The notes: generated from the sequence alone by a model not told the origin. A DNA stretch of 64,000 nt from an uncultured virus (IMG/VR IMGVR_UViG_3300005588_000005) (IMGVR_UViG_3300005588_000005); one strand, 5' to 3'. Positions 1-9,733 are shown, counted from the first letter of the stretch. Program-made: numbers and translations.

Positions 1-157
1 CTCCGATACGGCAGTACAACCGTTTCTTTAGATCCTTTGGAAGCGACGAATAGCACTTCCGGCAGAACGACATGTGAGTGTTTTTCGTCCCTCCGCACTG
101 GCAGGTCTTTGAATTCAGTTCCCGGATCAGTTCCACTTGCTTGTCCCGATTGCTCAT
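1..157 (-). CDS. Small Cys-rich (putative Zn-binding) phage protein, 3' partial
   Basis: Hand translation from ATG at 157: MSNRDKQVELIRELNSKTCQCGGTKNTHMSFCRKCYSSLPKDLKKRLYCRIG; runs off the window; not in the ORF track. Confidence 0.6.
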   Translation of the reverse strand, partial: MSNRDKQVELIRELNSKTCQCGGTKNTHMSFCRKCYSSLPKDLKKRLYCRIG

Positions 158-545
158 CGCTCAGCATCTCCAAAGTGACAGGTTCGATTACCACGCGGAC
201 GTATTTGCCATCCACGGCTTTTTTGTATTTCCGCCATGACCAGACTTCGATCTCGCCGCCGGACTCCAACCAACTGACCGCACTATCACGGCACTTACCC
301 TTGATCTTGGCAAGCCTCGCAGAGTGGTGTGATGATCCGGCCGTGCATTGGATTCCGACGATCCCACGACCAGGGATCAGCGCGACGATGTCGATGAAAC
401 CGAACAGGTCAACGCGTCGGCGAGTGAATGAACACCAACGCTCGACTACCTGAACCTGACTGCAACCGTCATCGCGGAGTTTCTTCAGTGTTCGCTGTGT
501 CGGGCTGACCGACTTCTTCCGTTTCTTCTTGGGCGGCGTTTCCAT
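1..545 (-). CDS. Putative PD-(D/E)xK nuclease / Holliday-junction-resolvase-like protein, 3' partial
   Basis: Hand translation from ATG at 545: METPPKKK...SPTQRTLKKLRDDG...VVERWCSFTRRRVDLFGFIDIVAL...GIQCT...IEVWSWRK; no stop before the edge, so absent from the ORF track. Confidence 0.7.
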   Translation of the reverse strand, partial: METPPKKKRKKSVSPTQRTLKKLRDDGCSQVQVVERWCSFTRRRVDLFGFIDIVALIPGRGIVGIQCTAGSSHHSARLAKIKGKCRDSAVSWLESGGEIEVWSWRKYKKAVDGKYVRVVIEPVTLEMLSDEQSGQASGTDPGTEFKDLPVRRDEKHSHVVLPEVLFVASKGSKETVVLPYR

Positions 546-960
546 GTGGTTCTGTTGCTCTCTTGAGTACATGTAGGGCTTCTTCCCATCGTTCTGTGAT
601 GTCTTCCAGCGTCCCAGCTTCGGCAATTTCCTCAAGGATCATCGTTGCCATCTCCCGAGCCACTTCGCCGGCTTTGACGAACCGGACGGTGCGGACAATC
701 GCATCCAGCGACCTTTCCCGAGGTCCGACCAAGACACCGTACTGCGATGCCATCACCGCGGCGAAAGATTTCTTGTCTTTGTTCTTTAACGCGGTCAGCA
801 GCTTCACGCCGGTCTTGGAAATCATCTCCGACGGCTCGAAACCATCCGTCGACGGTGGATCATCACCAGACGATTCGATCGTCAATCGCATTATTTCCGC
901 ACCAAGAATCATCGCATCGAGAATCATCGCGCGGGCCAACCTGACTTCGCGAGGCGTCAT
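469..960 (-). CDS. Hypothetical protein
   Basis: 163-aa ORF, start overlaps the helicase stop. Confidence 0.65.
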   Translation of the reverse strand: MTPREVRLARAMILDAMILGAEIMRLTIESSGDDPPSTDGFEPSEMISKTGVKLLTALKNKDKKSFAAVMASQYGVLVGPRERSLDAIVRTVRFVKAGEVAREMATMILEEIAEAGTLEDITERWEEALHVLKRATEPHGNAAQEETEEVGQPDTANTEETPR

Positions 961-2549
961 TCACCCACCTTGTCTTTGTTGTATCCAATCAATGCAGACA
1001 TCGGCACTTCGCAGACTCGTTGCTTCCAGTCGATCGCTCGTCGCGGCATGAACTTCAGATTGCGTTCCGGCCAGTAGAAGTTGGTCCGGAAGAAATTGGC
1101 CTCCATCTGCAAGAAAGTCTGTTTAACCTTCTTGTTCTTGTACCCGTAGTAGATGTTGGTCCATTTGTCCTGCGTGTCGTTCCGATTGCGGCGAACCTTT
1201 TTCTTGATCATGTTCCCTTCCACCATCTTGATTTCGCCGTCTTCCATGATGATTTCCCGGACAGACTTCTCGTGTCGGTACCCGCATTCACACTGAGGCC
1301 CGCGAAGGCGCTCCCGGCCGCATTCAGGGCATCGGATCGGTTCTGGCTGGTCGCCCTCTGCCACCAGCGTTTTGTGGAGCGTTGACGCGGCATGATCCGA
1401 CAACTGCCACAGAGATTCCCAATCGCGGTTGTTGTTGGGCGAACCATGCGTCCAATACACTGCCCCATGGTCCTGCAGGATTGCGTGTGTCTTTCCGGTC
1501 GACGGCGAAGCACGCATAACACGTCCGCAAATCTGAAGGTAGGACGCGAGAGAACCAACCGGCGTCGCAAGGATGCAGTGATCGGCTGCCGGTATGTCGA
1601 TTCCTTCCCGGAGCTTGAATCGGCATGACAGCCCTTTCGCTTTTCCCGTCTCGATCATCCCGATGATGTCTTTCCACATATCGCGATTGAGAGGATACGG
1701 CTTTCCGGCAATGCGGCATTCGGTCGAATCGACGTGAATGAACTCGTGACCGCGAAGGGTCATTTGATGGGAAAGCCATTTGGATTCAGCAACGCCAGGG
1801 CAGTACATGAAACACGGACCGCCCTGTGTCAGTTCCTCGTACTTCGACATCACGTCGCCGACGATGTGCTGCGTGAAAGATTTCTTCTGCTCGTTGGACA
1901 GCACGAATTCACCGTCCTTATTCCGTTTCTTCTCTACCTTGGAAAGATCCGGATGCTTGCACGAATACGGATGGACCAACACCAACGCGCCGCAATTACG
2001 CCACTCGTGGATTTTTGCCGAGACAACAAGAGCATCGGCCCACTTTGCCATGTTGATCGGCGTCGCAGTGAGGATCACAACCCGAGCGTTATTCCGTTCG
2101 TAGAAGTCGAGAACGTCTTTCATACGCTTGGTCTTTTGCATGTGACCTTCATCGACGACAACCAGCCCATCGTCGCCAACGTGGTGCATGTCCCAGACTG
2201 AGGATTTGTAGCAACGCTGATCTTCAGTCTGCACCGACGTCACCTGGAACGGAGCATCCTCGTCGTATTTGTCGTCGTAGTCCGCCGCACGGACCCCGCA
2301 CCACAAACCAGAGTCTTGCATCCGCTCGAAAGTTTGCCCAACCAGGAACTTCCGATTGACGTAGAAATTGCCGCCGAGCTTCAGATGGTTCATCCACTGG
2401 AACAATTCCAGAGCCATGCGCGTTTTTCCGGATCCCGTTGGCGACTGAAGAATGATCCGACGAACACCCTCATCTAAGTGATATTTCACTTCTTTTAAGG
2501 CGTTTAACTGGGGCGCCCAGAGGTCATCTGAAAACTTGAATTCACTCAT
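957..2549 (-). CDS. Superfamily II DExH helicase with C-terminal Zn ribbon
   Basis: SPTGSGKT, VVVDEGH, TATP, EGIDIP, QICGRVMR; CPEC...CECG. Confidence 0.9.
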   Translation of the reverse strand: MSEFKFSDDLWAPQLNALKEVKYHLDEGVRRIILQSPTGSGKTRMALELFQWMNHLKLGGNFYVNRKFLVGQTFERMQDSGLWCGVRAADYDDKYDEDAPFQVTSVQTEDQRCYKSSVWDMHHVGDDGLVVVDEGHMQKTKRMKDVLDFYERNNARVVILTATPINMAKWADALVVSAKIHEWRNCGALVLVHPYSCKHPDLSKVEKKRNKDGEFVLSNEQKKSFTQHIVGDVMSKYEELTQGGPCFMYCPGVAESKWLSHQMTLRGHEFIHVDSTECRIAGKPYPLNRDMWKDIIGMIETGKAKGLSCRFKLREGIDIPAADHCILATPVGSLASYLQICGRVMRASPSTGKTHAILQDHGAVYWTHGSPNNNRDWESLWQLSDHAASTLHKTLVAEGDQPEPIRCPECGRERLRGPQCECGYRHEKSVREIIMEDGEIKMVEGNMIKKKVRRNRNDTQDKWTNIYYGYKNKKVKQTFLQMEANFFRTNFYWPERNLKFMPRRAIDWKQRVCEVPMSALIGYNKDKVGE

Positions 2550-3772
2550 CAGAAAAGCATCTCCTGAGGGTTAAGGCACGCGGGAGAGAACCAAATCCGC
2601 TCCCGCCCTTTGTTTGTGTTTTCGTCCCGACGGTTTCCGTACCCGCCGTTCGTCGTCCACGCCACGACATCCCATCCATGGTCAGCCACAAGGTTGTCGT
2701 GTTCGCCTTCATACCCGCACAACGCGATACGGGCGTTTGGTTCCGATCCCCACTTCTGACACCACAAATTGACATCAGCAACCAGCCGATCAATGTCCTG
2801 TGTTTTGTCGCCGGCATACAGATCGTTGGAGCGGTTCGTCGCGCGAGGTTTCGGGACTTCCTCGCCGCGAATCATGGCAGTCACGCGTTTGACATTCTTG
2901 GCGTATGGCGGATCCAGGAAAACGCCAGTCAACCCAAGCCTCGTCATTGTTGTCGGCGAATCACAAATCCGATTCCAATCCCCGTAGCAGACACGGACCA
3001 GACGAAGGCGATCACGCAATCCGCACATCCAATCGACAAGCCACTGTCGACGCTCGTGGCAAAGCCCCAGGTGACGATTCGAATTCACTCCGCGGCCAAT
3101 ATCGTATGCGTCTCCAAGTTGCGGTCGGCCTTGAGGGCGATCGGTATGAACACCAGTTCCAGCGCCGTTCCAGTTGTTTAACGCGGGCTTTTTCTGAATC
3201 GTCGTTCGGTTGTGTCCGGCCGACGAAACCACGCCTCGACCAAACGCGCCGTAATCGCCAGAAATATGCGGCAATTGCTTCCCGAGAACGTGAATTCCAT
3301 TGCCGTCGCCGACGTTCGCCTTTCGCTTCTGTGACGATCCATCAACCTTCATTCCCTTGTCGTCACACCACCCAGCGCCAATCCAGCAACATTGCCCCCA
3401 AACCCACCATCCGGCAATCTCCGGATCGAAGTACTTGGGATCCACAACAAACTGCCGGCGGAACTTCTCGCACGCTTCGCCACGCATCAAATACTCGTGG
3501 CGCGCGTGTAGGTCTGCTTCGGAGACAGGGTGATCGGCGTACTCGGCAACCAAATCAGGATCCGATTGCACCGATCGCCAGAAATTGGCGACGAAGTGAT
3601 TCCGATCGTTAATCGTTTCGATCTTCCCAACGTTCGGACGTCGAAGGAGGACGGCCGCTGTGCCGGCGAACGGTTCGCAATAATTATCCGGATCTCCGAG
3701 CCGCTTCCAGACAAGCTTTGCCACATTTGCCTTTCCGCCGAAATATGGAAAGGGTGCTTTGAGCTTTGTCAT
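2549..3772 (-). CDS. DNA adenine methyltransferase (D12/Dam-like)
   Basis: PFPYFGGK, EPFAG, FLDPPY; ATG at 3772 overlaps the upstream stop (TGATG). Confidence 0.88.
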   Translation of the reverse strand: MTKLKAPFPYFGGKANVAKLVWKRLGDPDNYCEPFAGTAAVLLRRPNVGKIETINDRNHFVANFWRSVQSDPDLVAEYADHPVSEADLHARHEYLMRGEACEKFRRQFVVDPKYFDPEIAGWWVWGQCCWIGAGWCDDKGMKVDGSSQKRKANVGDGNGIHVLGKQLPHISGDYGAFGRGVVSSAGHNRTTIQKKPALNNWNGAGTGVHTDRPQGRPQLGDAYDIGRGVNSNRHLGLCHERRQWLVDWMCGLRDRLRLVRVCYGDWNRICDSPTTMTRLGLTGVFLDPPYAKNVKRVTAMIRGEEVPKPRATNRSNDLYAGDKTQDIDRLVADVNLWCQKWGSEPNARIALCGYEGEHDNLVADHGWDVVAWTTNGGYGNRRDENTNKGRERIWFSPACLNPQEMLF

Positions 3773-4905
3773 CACGGTTTCCTTGGCTCTCCGGGAAGCT
3801 GCCCTTCCTGCGATCGCCGCAAAAGTCGACCACAAGCAGCCGACAATGCCCCCGGAAACGCGTTGTGTTCAACACCATCGAGTAGGCGACCGGCACGCTT
3901 CTTGCCGACGCGGATCATTCGCCTGCTGGCTCCGTCTGGTTCATCAAGAACCACCCCGCCATCCTCGCAAGTTTCGCTTGGCGTGCATGTGCACGGACCG
4001 CCTTCGCATTCAACGGGTGTATACTCACCCCATTGCTTAAAGTGAAACGGCACATCAGCCGCCGCACACTGATCACGAATCGACCTGAACCAATCCGGAT
4101 GCGATGGACGGGCGTTGGGTCCGGATTCTCCGCCCGCGATCACCCAATCGATACAACTGATGTCACGACGAACACACGCAAAGTCCAAGTCAACCGGGCC
4201 TAGTAGTGGTTCGCACGAAAGAAATAAGCATGGCGATAGATCCCGGCATTCCGTTAATTCCGGAATCCGCTTCTCGGCCTGCTCTTGGTTCTCGACGCTG
4301 GTTCCAAGCCAAACGTTATGGCGACGATCGTATAGTCGATTTCCATCAAGCACCGCTTTGACTTCTTCATGCCACATCCGCCGAATGTTCTCCGGACGCT
4401 TCGTCAACAGCAGCCAATCAAGATGCTGTGTCGCGTCGATTGTTCGAAACAGTCGTTCCCTGACAACATCCATCGTCAACGGAACAATACGACCTTTGTC
4501 TCCATGAGGACAACCGCAATCATCCGAAGGCCATGCACCACAACCAAGGCAAGTATCAAGAACTTCACCCTTGTGGTTGTGGATTGGACCTTTCCAATCC
4601 TCGAAGACATCGGAAATTGACGCACAGAAGACACGGGGACGTTCCATGCAATCGCGGTTCTGCATCGAATCCGCTAAACGCCTTCGATTTCTTTCCCCAA
4701 TCTCTTTATTCCACTTCAGCGGCTTCGCCCAGTTCGCATCGGACGTGACAACGCGAGTCCCGTTTGGACCCCACGCGACCTTTCCAAAGCGATGATCCAT
4801 GTCACGCTCGGCATAACAGTTTTTGCACGCCGGTGACACTTTCGTGCATCCCATCCACGGTGAAAACGTATAGTCACACCATTCAATGTTTGTTTTATCA
4901 GACAT
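3772..4905 (-). CDS. Phage Gp37/Gp68 (DUF5131) radical-SAM-like protein
   Basis: TNIEWCD, GCTKVSPACKNCYA, LLLTKRPEN, SCEPLLG, WVIAGGESG, FKQWG. Confidence 0.9.
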   Translation of the reverse strand: MSDKTNIEWCDYTFSPWMGCTKVSPACKNCYAERDMDHRFGKVAWGPNGTRVVTSDANWAKPLKWNKEIGERNRRRLADSMQNRDCMERPRVFCASISDVFEDWKGPIHNHKGEVLDTCLGCGAWPSDDCGCPHGDKGRIVPLTMDVVRERLFRTIDATQHLDWLLLTKRPENIRRMWHEEVKAVLDGNRLYDRRHNVWLGTSVENQEQAEKRIPELTECRDLSPCLFLSCEPLLGPVDLDFACVRRDISCIDWVIAGGESGPNARPSHPDWFRSIRDQCAAADVPFHFKQWGEYTPVECEGGPCTCTPSETCEDGGVVLDEPDGASRRMIRVGKKRAGRLLDGVEHNAFPGALSAACGRLLRRSQEGQLPGEPRKP

Positions 4906-5524
4906 CTGAATCCCCTTTAGATTTTGTTCTACGTCTTTTGTTTACAGACTTCCAATATCCCTCTGGACGGACTCGTTGGCGGTCTCGAATCCTGCGACAC
5001 TCTTTACAGAACCTCCGTCCTTCGGAAGTAAAACCTGTGTTTTCTAAATTGAATTCGTGTCCCCTCTTGCACTCTGTTTTCTGATGACGTCTAGCATGAC
5101 AGGTCGTGCATACCACCTGCACCTTTTCATGGTTCTCTTTTGCGTACCCGAGGTAGTGGTCGTACTCATGACGTTTATCTGATCCGACATGATTGCAATC
5201 TGAGCACGGGATGATTTCTGGGTCTGGAAGAATCCCAACATTTACAAGGTGATTGACTCGCCCCCTTGCTTGCTTCGGATCATTGTCCCTTGGCTCAATG
5301 AAACACCGCCCCCGTTCGTGAACAACGTCGCAAGATTCCATCCGTCCACGCCGTTCAATTCCAGATCGGCACACGCTGCACTTAGAAGAAAGCTGATTCC
5401 ATCGAGACCGATCTGCACAAAATAGTTCAAGCGGCTGAAGGGACTTGCATGCCGTACACCACGAAAAACCAAACAGCCATTCCCTGATTCTCTGTTTTCG
5501 TGTTGTCCTGCGAGGATTCGACAT
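4898..5524 (-). CDS. HNH-like homing endonuclease with several Zn-binding motifs
   Basis: CTAC...CSVC; CSDC...HEYDH...VCTTCHARRH; CKRGH...CKEC; GGAG RBS before ATG 5524 (frame is open back to 5692). Confidence 0.7.
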   Translation of the reverse strand: MSNPRRTTRKQRIREWLFGFSWCTACKSLQPLELFCADRSRWNQLSSKCSVCRSGIERRGRMESCDVVHERGRCFIEPRDNDPKQARGRVNHLVNVGILPDPEIIPCSDCNHVGSDKRHEYDHYLGYAKENHEKVQVVCTTCHARRHQKTECKRGHEFNLENTGFTSEGRRFCKECRRIRDRQRVRPEGYWKSVNKRRRTKSKGDSDV

Positions 5525-5540
5525 CAGATTCACTCCAAAC

Positions 5541-5645
5541 AAAAAGCCCGCACCACACGACGACTCTCGCCAAAGAATTGCGTGTGGATTGGGCTGAATT
5601 GAATTGGGTTTTCTTGATTTGGCGAGAATCGTCGTAGCGATTATG
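5541..5645 (-). promoter_or_regulatory. Attenuator-like leader (terminator plus competing antiterminator)
   Basis: Terminator arms 5545-5559/5581-5595 with U-tract; 5618-5635 complementary to 5557-5574; CATAAT at 5640-5645. Confidence 0.6.
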
Positions 5646-5709
5646 CCACCTGGCGCGCTATCACACCACTCTATTCCACTATTTTTCATCACAGGTAAAC
5701 TCCGAATAC

Positions 5710-5773
5710 AAAAAACCGGCGGAATTAATCGGTCCTCCCAGACTTACAAAGCAAGACTGGGAAGTTCCGCCGG
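5710..5773 (-). terminator. Intrinsic terminator-like hairpin after the ParB-like gene
   Basis: CCGGCGGAA...TTCCGCCGG with inner TCCCAG/CTGGGA; T-run on the minus strand. Confidence 0.55.
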
Positions 5774-5805
5774 GAGGCAACGGCAACGCGCCGCTGCCAG
5801 GGTTG

Positions 5806-6693
5806 CTACTTAATATCTTCTTTCCACCCTTCCAGAATGTCGTTCAGGCGCTCGACAATGATCCGGACCTGACCCCATTTCTTGTCCGTGACCTTCAGTT
5901 CACGCCGCGTCTTGCTGAGCAGCTTGAAAGTATCTGCCAGCGAATCGGAACTAGACTTCCACATCTTCTTTTTTTTCTCGCGAGCAGCACGTTCCGCCTC
6001 ACGCGAATCCGCCTTCTCCTTTGTCTGCTTGTTGAGTGGAGTGCCAGGCTTCTTTGTGATCCGGCGGATCTCCTCGATGATGTTCTTCTTCTCATACCCG
6101 GCGCGTTCGATCAGCGCGTGCTGCGATGCTTTGTCCAACGCAGACAGCTTGTCGATCATGTTGCACGACAGCTCGGAAACGGCGAGCGAATTCCGGCACG
6201 AGTCAATGAGTGTGTTGATCTTCCGAGCCTTTTCCAGGCCACGATAAATCTGACGTTCGGTCATCCCGGTTTCTTCTGACATCTTCGACACGAGGTCGCT
6301 GATCGGGCTGCCGTTGACATCCGATTCGTGAATGATGTACTCCGACCGGTAGCGATCGCGGATATTTCGCGGCAAACTTCGTTGCTCTGCCGCCTCCTTC
6401 TTCATGCGTGCCTTGACGTCTTCGAGCGTCTTGCAGACTGGCCAAACCTCGATCGTCTTGTACGGGATGTTGTGTTTGGTCGCGATTTTGTGCCGGTTGT
6501 GACCGTCCACAAGAATCCGTCGTTTTGTTCGGGGACAGACCCAGATCGAAAGCGGATAATTGACAACGCCGTCTTTGAGGATCAATTCCTCCAAGCCAAG
6601 CAAACTGTCTTCGCTGTGTGCTTCAATCAACAACTCCAATTCGGGGAGGATGATAAAGTCGTCTTTCTTCTTCGCTGCTTTCTTCTTAGCCAT
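5806..6693 (-). CDS. ParB/Srx-like N-terminal domain protein with putative HTH
   Basis: LEELILKDGV..PL.IW...ILVDGHNRHKIA; later SEETGMTERQIYR (HTH-like). Confidence 0.75.
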   Translation of the reverse strand: MAKKKAAKKKDDFIILPELELLIEAHSEDSLLGLEELILKDGVVNYPLSIWVCPRTKRRILVDGHNRHKIATKHNIPYKTIEVWPVCKTLEDVKARMKKEAAEQRSLPRNIRDRYRSEYIIHESDVNGSPISDLVSKMSEETGMTERQIYRGLEKARKINTLIDSCRNSLAVSELSCNMIDKLSALDKASQHALIERAGYEKKNIIEEIRRITKKPGTPLNKQTKEKADSREAERAAREKKKKMWKSSSDSLADTFKLLSKTRRELKVTDKKWGQVRIIVERLNDILEGWKEDIK

Positions 6694-8080
6694 CGTTCAG
6701 ATTCTCCTGAGTGTCATCGTCATCATCAAAACCATCGTCGCCCTTCACGCGTCCCTCGTGAATGACGACCGTACAACGTTCCTCGTCCTCGTCGGTCTTG
6801 GTGACCACTTCGACGATGATTTGGAAATCACGTTCAATTGCCAGCTTTTCCAGTTCTGACATCGTTTCTAAGTCAAGCTCGCTGCCTCGCCGGAGGATCA
6901 GCAAACGCAGTTTGGGATTCAGAGCCATCCCGATTTGCGTCGCGGCAATCATCTGCTGCGACGTACTGGCCTGTCCGAGCGGAAGACCGTTCAACAACAA
7001 ACCGTCTTCGGCGAAGTCCATTCCCTCCACCGGCCATTCCGCGTTCTCGATCGCTTCGGTCCGTTCCTCACGAACCTTCTGGATTTTTTCTGACAGACTC
7101 ACGTACTCGGATCGCTTGCCGTCGGTGGCCTTCTTCGCCTTGTCGTACTCGACCTTAGCACGAACCTTCCGATTGGTTTCCTCAGCGTTCTTGATCTGCT
7201 GGCGAAGGTCAACAATCTCATCGCTGTGATCGGGAATGGATTCCAATTCGGCTTCTTGGTTTTCCAGATGGCCTTTGAGTTCTTCGGCCTGACGGATCAA
7301 GTCGCGTTTCTTGTCCATCAGCCGCTTGATCTCTTGGATTGTTTTCTCGGACTCCTGTTCGACTTCTTCAAGATACCTCTTGCTGGTTTCGATCTCCGAA
7401 ACCTTGTCCTCGCGTACGCTGCCTTCTTCCTCCAGCGCGTCGATCTTTTCGAGCAGTTCCGTAACAACAACTTCCTTTTCCGGGATGTCCTTGGCAGGCT
7501 TTTCAAGAGATTCGAAGTGGCCGGCAATCCGCTTGCCTTCGCGCCCGCAAATAGTCCGTTCCTCCGAAAGCTTCTTTTCACGCTTGGCGAACCCTTCCAT
7601 GTCGATCCCAAGGAACGATTGAACAAGCGTTGCCTGTGCCTTCGGTTCCATGTTGATGAACGTGGTTGGGTCCAACGCCTTCATCGCAAACATTCGTTCG
7701 AGCAACGACCGCGGTGTCGGAGAGTTCTCGCCCGTCTCCTGATCGTAGATACGGAACTTCTCTTTGATCGTCCCGTTCGATCGTCGTGACCACGTCAGTT
7801 CGAGAACCAGGGGACCGATGTTGTCGATCCCAAACACTTCGGCGTCGCCCTCAATGACACACTCGACCGAGCCGCGTTTCTTCCCGTTGCGCAACGCGAC
7901 TTCGGGATACCCTTGCATGTTCTTCGGACCGCAAACACACATCATCAGTGCGCTGAGCAAGGATGACTTGCCCTGGTAATTCTTCCCACCAACCCAGAAC
8001 AGGTGATGGCCGCGAAAGTCCAAAGAAATGTCCTTGACTCCAAGGACATTGTGGATCGCAACCTCAAGCAATTTCGACAT
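6686..8080 (-). CDS. SMC/SbcC-like coiled-coil ATPase
   Basis: GKNYQGKSS Walker A, long coiled coil, QASTSQ signature-like motif, atypical Walker B (LLILRRGSELD); ATG 8080 after GGGAG. Confidence 0.8.
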   Translation of the reverse strand: MSKLLEVAIHNVLGVKDISLDFRGHHLFWVGGKNYQGKSSLLSALMMCVCGPKNMQGYPEVALRNGKKRGSVECVIEGDAEVFGIDNIGPLVLELTWSRRSNGTIKEKFRIYDQETGENSPTPRSLLERMFAMKALDPTTFINMEPKAQATLVQSFLGIDMEGFAKREKKLSEERTICGREGKRIAGHFESLEKPAKDIPEKEVVVTELLEKIDALEEEGSVREDKVSEIETSKRYLEEVEQESEKTIQEIKRLMDKKRDLIRQAEELKGHLENQEAELESIPDHSDEIVDLRQQIKNAEETNRKVRAKVEYDKAKKATDGKRSEYVSLSEKIQKVREERTEAIENAEWPVEGMDFAEDGLLLNGLPLGQASTSQQMIAATQIGMALNPKLRLLILRRGSELDLETMSELEKLAIERDFQIIVEVVTKTDEDEERCTVVIHEGRVKGDDGFDDDDDTQENLNDG

Positions 8081-8092
8081 AACAGGCAAACT

Positions 8093-8172
8093 CCCAATTC
8101 GACGACGGAGACACGAATTAAACACAGATTCGTCAAAAACCCCGTGTTTCAGCTACTGACATGATGTCAGTA
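8093..8172 (-). repeat. Dispersed tripartite element, copy 1
   Basis: Minus strand: TACTGACAtcaTGTCAGTA-GCTGAAACACGGGGTTTTT...GTGTCTCCGTCGTCGAATTGGG. Confidence 0.9.
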
Positions 8173-8184
8173 AAAACTGATTCA

Positions 8185-9033
8185 CTATCCCTCTAAAGAC
8201 ATAATCTGTCCTTCACAAAGAGACAAGAGCGTGTCGCCAGAATCCTCGTCGATGATCTCTTCAATCATCAAATCCTGCACCTTGTTTTTGATGGCGTCGA
8301 CCTCCTCAATAGTCGTTGCAGCATTGATCTTTTGCGAAAAATCGTCCATGTACGTGTCCGGGCTGGCCTGCTGATTACCCGACTGTTTTTTTTCCGGTTG
8401 TTTTTCCGGTTCGGCTTCGACTGACGGATCCTGACCACCCTCATCCCATGGCGGACCTTCGTCGCCGGTCGCTTCTGCTGGCTTTCCCTTTCGCTTCGCG
8501 GGGGCCTTGCGTTTTGGCTTTGCGGGAGGCTTGGAATCTGATTCCGACGGCAATTCATCCTGATCGCTGTAGACGTCTGCCGCGAACCCGAGACACGAGA
8601 GCGCTTTCGAACGGGTGTTGGTGACGATGCTTTTCATCGTCGAGCAACCCGGCAACAGATTCATATCGTTCAGGATCGGGAATGACGCGACCGTTGCCTC
8701 TTTGGTCTTTTCGTCGATCGACAACGGATAAAAGAAGACCGCGCTAATAATGACGATCGGGAACCCAAGTGATTCGTGAGAATAGACCTCGTAACTCAAG
8801 TCCTTGAGCCCCCAGGTGGACCCGTACGGTCCCCAAAGCTCTGTTGCCTGTTTCAGCTGATACGCAGCGTCAACTTCGGTCATCTCGTGTTTGGCACCGT
8901 CGCGACCGTCTATCACAATCGGCGTCTGCACTTCCTTTGGCGTTCGGCAGACCTTCGACCACAGTTCCATCGTTGGCAATTCCATTGCATTGGACTGCGT
9001 TGTGTCACTCGTTGCTGCTTTTTTCTTGGCCAT
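8185..9033 (-). CDS. Putative single-strand annealing protein (Rad52/Sak-like)
   Basis: ATELWGPYGSTWG...TNTRSKALSCLGFAADVY, acidic tail; adjacent to the exonuclease. Confidence 0.55.
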   Translation of the reverse strand: MAKKKAATSDTTQSNAMELPTMELWSKVCRTPKEVQTPIVIDGRDGAKHEMTEVDAAYQLKQATELWGPYGSTWGLKDLSYEVYSHESLGFPIVIISAVFFYPLSIDEKTKEATVASFPILNDMNLLPGCSTMKSIVTNTRSKALSCLGFAADVYSDQDELPSESDSKPPAKPKRKAPAKRKGKPAEATGDEGPPWDEGGQDPSVEAEPEKQPEKKQSGNQQASPDTYMDDFSQKINAATTIEEVDAIKNKVQDLMIEEIIDEDSGDTLLSLCEGQIMSLEG

Positions 9034-9733
9034 CTAAGAACCCTTTGACAATTGGAGAATCGAACATCTGAGGACAAACGTTGTCCACAAGTTTGGTGAG
9101 TTGGATCTTGACCTGTTCAAGAAACGCTGGGATTTCTTCGTCAAGATCGTCCATGGCGTCCTCGTCGCGTTCAACGTCGATGACGTGCATCTGAAGCTCA
9201 CGAGGAAAGAGCGGATGGTACGAGATAAACCGAAGCCGACTGCGACCGGTCACCCACATGTTTCCTTGGGTCTGCCAAAAATACTCCTTGCTCGTTTTGG
9301 CAGTGAACTCGCTGAATCCGCAATAGAAGATGTGCTTCTCTGACGTGTACGGACATTTGATTTCGCCGACCTCGTCATCGCCGAGAAGGAAGTCAGGCGA
9401 ACCGCCGCAATTGCCGATCGTCGGATGCCGCTGGAACCCGGTCAGTCGCAACTTCTTGCCGCCGGTGTCGTATCGCAGAAGGAATTGGATTCGCGCGGTG
9501 GGTTCGTGCTTGTTGCCCCAATCAAGATACTTCGACTTGATTTCTTCGGCCGGTCGACCGCTGAGAACTTCGCCAATGATCTGATTTGCGTACGTCTTGG
9601 CGGTTTGGCTGATTCCGTCGCCGCTCCTGGCCTTGGTCATCACCTTCCAGAAACAGGAGGCGGTAACGCAACCCATGCGTTCCAAATACCACTCTTTTGA
9701 CCCTTGAGGGGCCAAAACTGAAGATTTCGTCAT
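9005..9733 (-). CDS. YqaJ/lambda-exonuclease family recombinase
   Basis: QGSKEWYLERMGCVTAS, WGNKHEP, GSPD, EIKCP, YFWQTQG. Confidence 0.9.
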   Translation of the reverse strand: MTKSSVLAPQGSKEWYLERMGCVTASCFWKVMTKARSGDGISQTAKTYANQIIGEVLSGRPAEEIKSKYLDWGNKHEPTARIQFLLRYDTGGKKLRLTGFQRHPTIGNCGGSPDFLLGDDEVGEIKCPYTSEKHIFYCGFSEFTAKTSKEYFWQTQGNMWVTGRSRLRFISYHPLFPRELQMHVIDVERDEDAMDDLDEEIPAFLEQVKIQLTKLVDNVCPQMFDSPIVKGFLDGQEKSSNE

